Shown here: positions 61,535-64,000 of the stretch, piece after piece
Position numbering within the stretch: position 1 is the first letter of the stretch
How the letters are laid out: every line of letters begins with the position of its first letter
From: Octopus sinensis
Lineage: Eukaryota
Direction: 5' to 3'
Assembly: GCF_006345805.1 (NCBI RefSeq)
Contig: NC_043024.1
Coordinates: forward strand, 17,980,001 to 18,044,000
DNA length: 64,000 nt
Notes under the pieces: generated by a model
What the model saw: only the letters and a program-made list of their open reading frames with translations
Told to the model about the DNA's origin: nothing
Database searches by the model: none
Made by a program: the position numbers and the translations under genes

Positions 61535-61684
61535 CCTTACTACTATTGGCTCAAAGCCTGAAATTTTGGGGTAGAGGACATTTGGTTACATCAACCCCTG
61601 TACATAATTGGTATTTTATTTAACTCACCCTGAAAAGATAGAAGGCAAAGTTGACCTTGGTATGATTTGAACTTAGAATGTACA
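61124..61684 (-). mobile_element. Three head-to-tail SINE B copies joined through (TAT)n tails
   Basis: Segments at 61463-61684, 61234-61462 and 61124-61233. Confidence 0.75.
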
Positions 61685-62814
61685 GTTCACCGCTTTGAAT
61701 ACTCACAAGATAATACCTCTCTGTTTAGTGGAGATATAGTTTTAAGGAATAAGAAAATATGATAGAGGGACAAGAATTAGAGTCGTTATGAAATGTTTTT
61801 CTTTACAATTAAGTTGACCAAACTCAACCTAGACATTCAAAAGTGGGTCTTTTCTGTAATAAATAAAACATTCTTCATTCACTGATTTACTTTCATTCAA
61901 ACCAGAATAGAAAAAAATTATTTTTCACCAAGTGAGATGTAACGTTTATAATCAGAACCGATATTGATAATAACATTGGCACCAAAAGTACAAACAAATC
62001 TGTAAGAGCTGTCTAAGTCAGCTTAAATATTCTTTCCTTATTGTTTGGTCTTTCCATTAAAGTCAAAATTCAATTCTATTATATAATACTGAAAAAAAAA
62101 ACAAAATCAAAAACATTCAATAATGGAAACGTTAGTTTTTGGTCTGTTTGACTTCCTGAGAATGAAGATGGTCATTGTTTGAAATTTATTCTTTTAACGA
62201 CAGAAAGGTGAAAACAAACACAAACTAAATATATTTTTATCCACTTTACATGTGAACAAAATGTAATCTGGTCATTGTGGGAATTGAAAATGTTGTGGAA
62301 ATGTTTGTAGACAAATGGCAAGAAATCCCAGAAGACCTTCCTGTAAATTTCAGGAAACTGTTGCTTCTCTTTCGAAGACAAAAATGCCATTTCACATGCA
62401 AACATTTCTATACACTTGTATTTACACACCTCTATTTATATACCTATTGTATATTTATAAACTGATATTTATACACTTTCTATACACTTATATTTATACA
62501 AACGTTTAACTTTTATCTTTTACTTCTTTTAGTTATTTGACTGCAGCCATGCTGGAGCACCACCTTGAAGGGTTTTAGTCAAACAAATCATCCCCAGGAT
62601 TTTTTTAAAGCATAATACTGATTTTATCAATCTATTTTGCCAGACTGTTAAGTTAAAGGAATATAAACACACCAACACCAGTTGTCAAACTGACATAAAG
62701 ACACATACACACTTGTATATGTGTGTGTATATATATATATACACACACATACATACATATACATATATATATTCTTATATATACATATATATATATATTT
62801 ATACAATATATATA

Positions 62815-63150
62815 TACCAGCATGTTGCCTTACTGGCACATGTGCTGGTGGCACGTGTAAAACAACATTCAAATGCAGTCGTTGCCAGTGCTGCCAGACT
62901 GGCTCCTGTGCAGGAAGCATGTAAAAACACCTTTTGAGTGTGGTCGTTGCCAGAACTGCCTGACTGGCCCTCATGCCGGTGGCACGTAAAAGCAGCCACT
63001 ACACTCTTGGAGTGGTTGACGTTAGGAAGGGCATCCATTGTAGAAACTTTGCCAGATCAGATTGAGCCTGGTGCAGCCTCTGGCTCACCAGTCCTCAGTC
63101 AAGCCGTCCAACCCATGCCAGCATGGAGAGTGGACGTTAAACGATGATAC
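62815..63150 (+). mobile_element. RTE 3' UTR/tail fragment
   Basis: UTR repeat units (GTGCTGGTGGCACGTG.., CCGGTGGCACGTAAAAGC) plus the tail. Confidence 0.85.
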
Positions 63151-63874
63151 AAACATACATACATATATATATACAACAGGCTTCTTTCAGTTTACGTTGT
63201 TATGTGGTAAGAAGCTTGCTTCCCAACCACATGGTTCTAAGTTCGATCCCACTGCATGGCACTTTGGGCTAGTGTCTTCTACTATAGCCTCAGACCAACC
63301 AGTGAGTGGATTTGGTAAATGGAAACTGAAAGAAACCCATCATATATATGTGTATGTCTTTGTGTCTGTGTTCTTTCCCCTACCACTGCTTAAAAACCGG
63401 TGTTGGTGTGTTTATATCCCCATAACTGAGCAGTTCAACAAAAGAGTACTAGGCTTATAAAAAAAACACATCAATTTGTTTGACTAAAACACCCTTTGAG
63501 GTAGTGCCCCCTGACTGAAACATGTATAAGAAAGCATAAATGATTAAGATTTCATTTAACCCCTTGGCACTTAAACCAACCCTATCCAGCCAAAATATTC
63601 TGCTAATTTTATGTTCAAACTGATTAGATTTGGCCTCTCACACCTACCCTACAATGTCATTCTAAACATAGGCGTGGGAGCGGATGTGTGGTAAGTAGCT
63701 TGCTTACGAACCACATGGTTCGTATAGACAGAATAAACTGAATGCTAAATGGTTAATTTAGGTTCCAAACACCAGCTTCATAATGGGTAAGATATTTTAT
63801 CAAATTCTTCATTATTTCCAAAATTAATTGAAACAAAGGTGGTGCATCTCAACAGAAATATGACAACAAAAGTG

Positions 63875-64000
63875 TTAACCTTTTTGTTACCATATTTCTG
63901 TTGAGATGCTCTGTGTTTCTTTGAATTAATTTTAAATATAACAAAGAATTTAGTAAAATGACTTAGTTATCATTAAGCTAGTGTTAGGAACATAAATTGT
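63875..64000. mobile_element. piggyBac-type MITE, cut off by the window end
   Basis: TTAA-CCTTTTTGTTACCATATTTCTGTTGAGATGCTC.., collinear with 30284-30516. Confidence 0.8.

Overview
AT-rich, microsatellite-saturated eukaryotic DNA, intronic or intergenic. The repeat families resemble those I recall from Octopus (coleoid cephalopod) genomes; this is an inference and was not database-checked. No host protein-coding gene could be called with confidence; only a few weak candidate exons are noted. All recognisable coding sequence is transposon-derived: several 5'-truncated RTE LINEs, a CR1-type LINE with a stop-free ~305-codon RT C-terminal ORF, an internally deleted DD34D mariner with TIRs and TA TSD, and an R4/Dong-like RLE fragment ending in (TAA)n. 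There are also many tRNA-derived SINEs, mariner/Tigger/piggyBac MITEs and Helitron-like ends. The most notable unannotated signals are: (1) about ten minimal type I hammerhead-ribozyme motifs of the Penelope-like-element type, including two with intact cores and one with a compensatory U3-A8 core; (2) a series of long fold-back palindromes, two of which pivot at or near hammerhead remnants; (3) a stem-loop repeat array in the RTE 3' UTR; (4) a 1.36-kb tandem duplication carrying a hammerhead-like motif in each unit. SINE and RTE-tail coordinates are approximate (about +/-20 bp).
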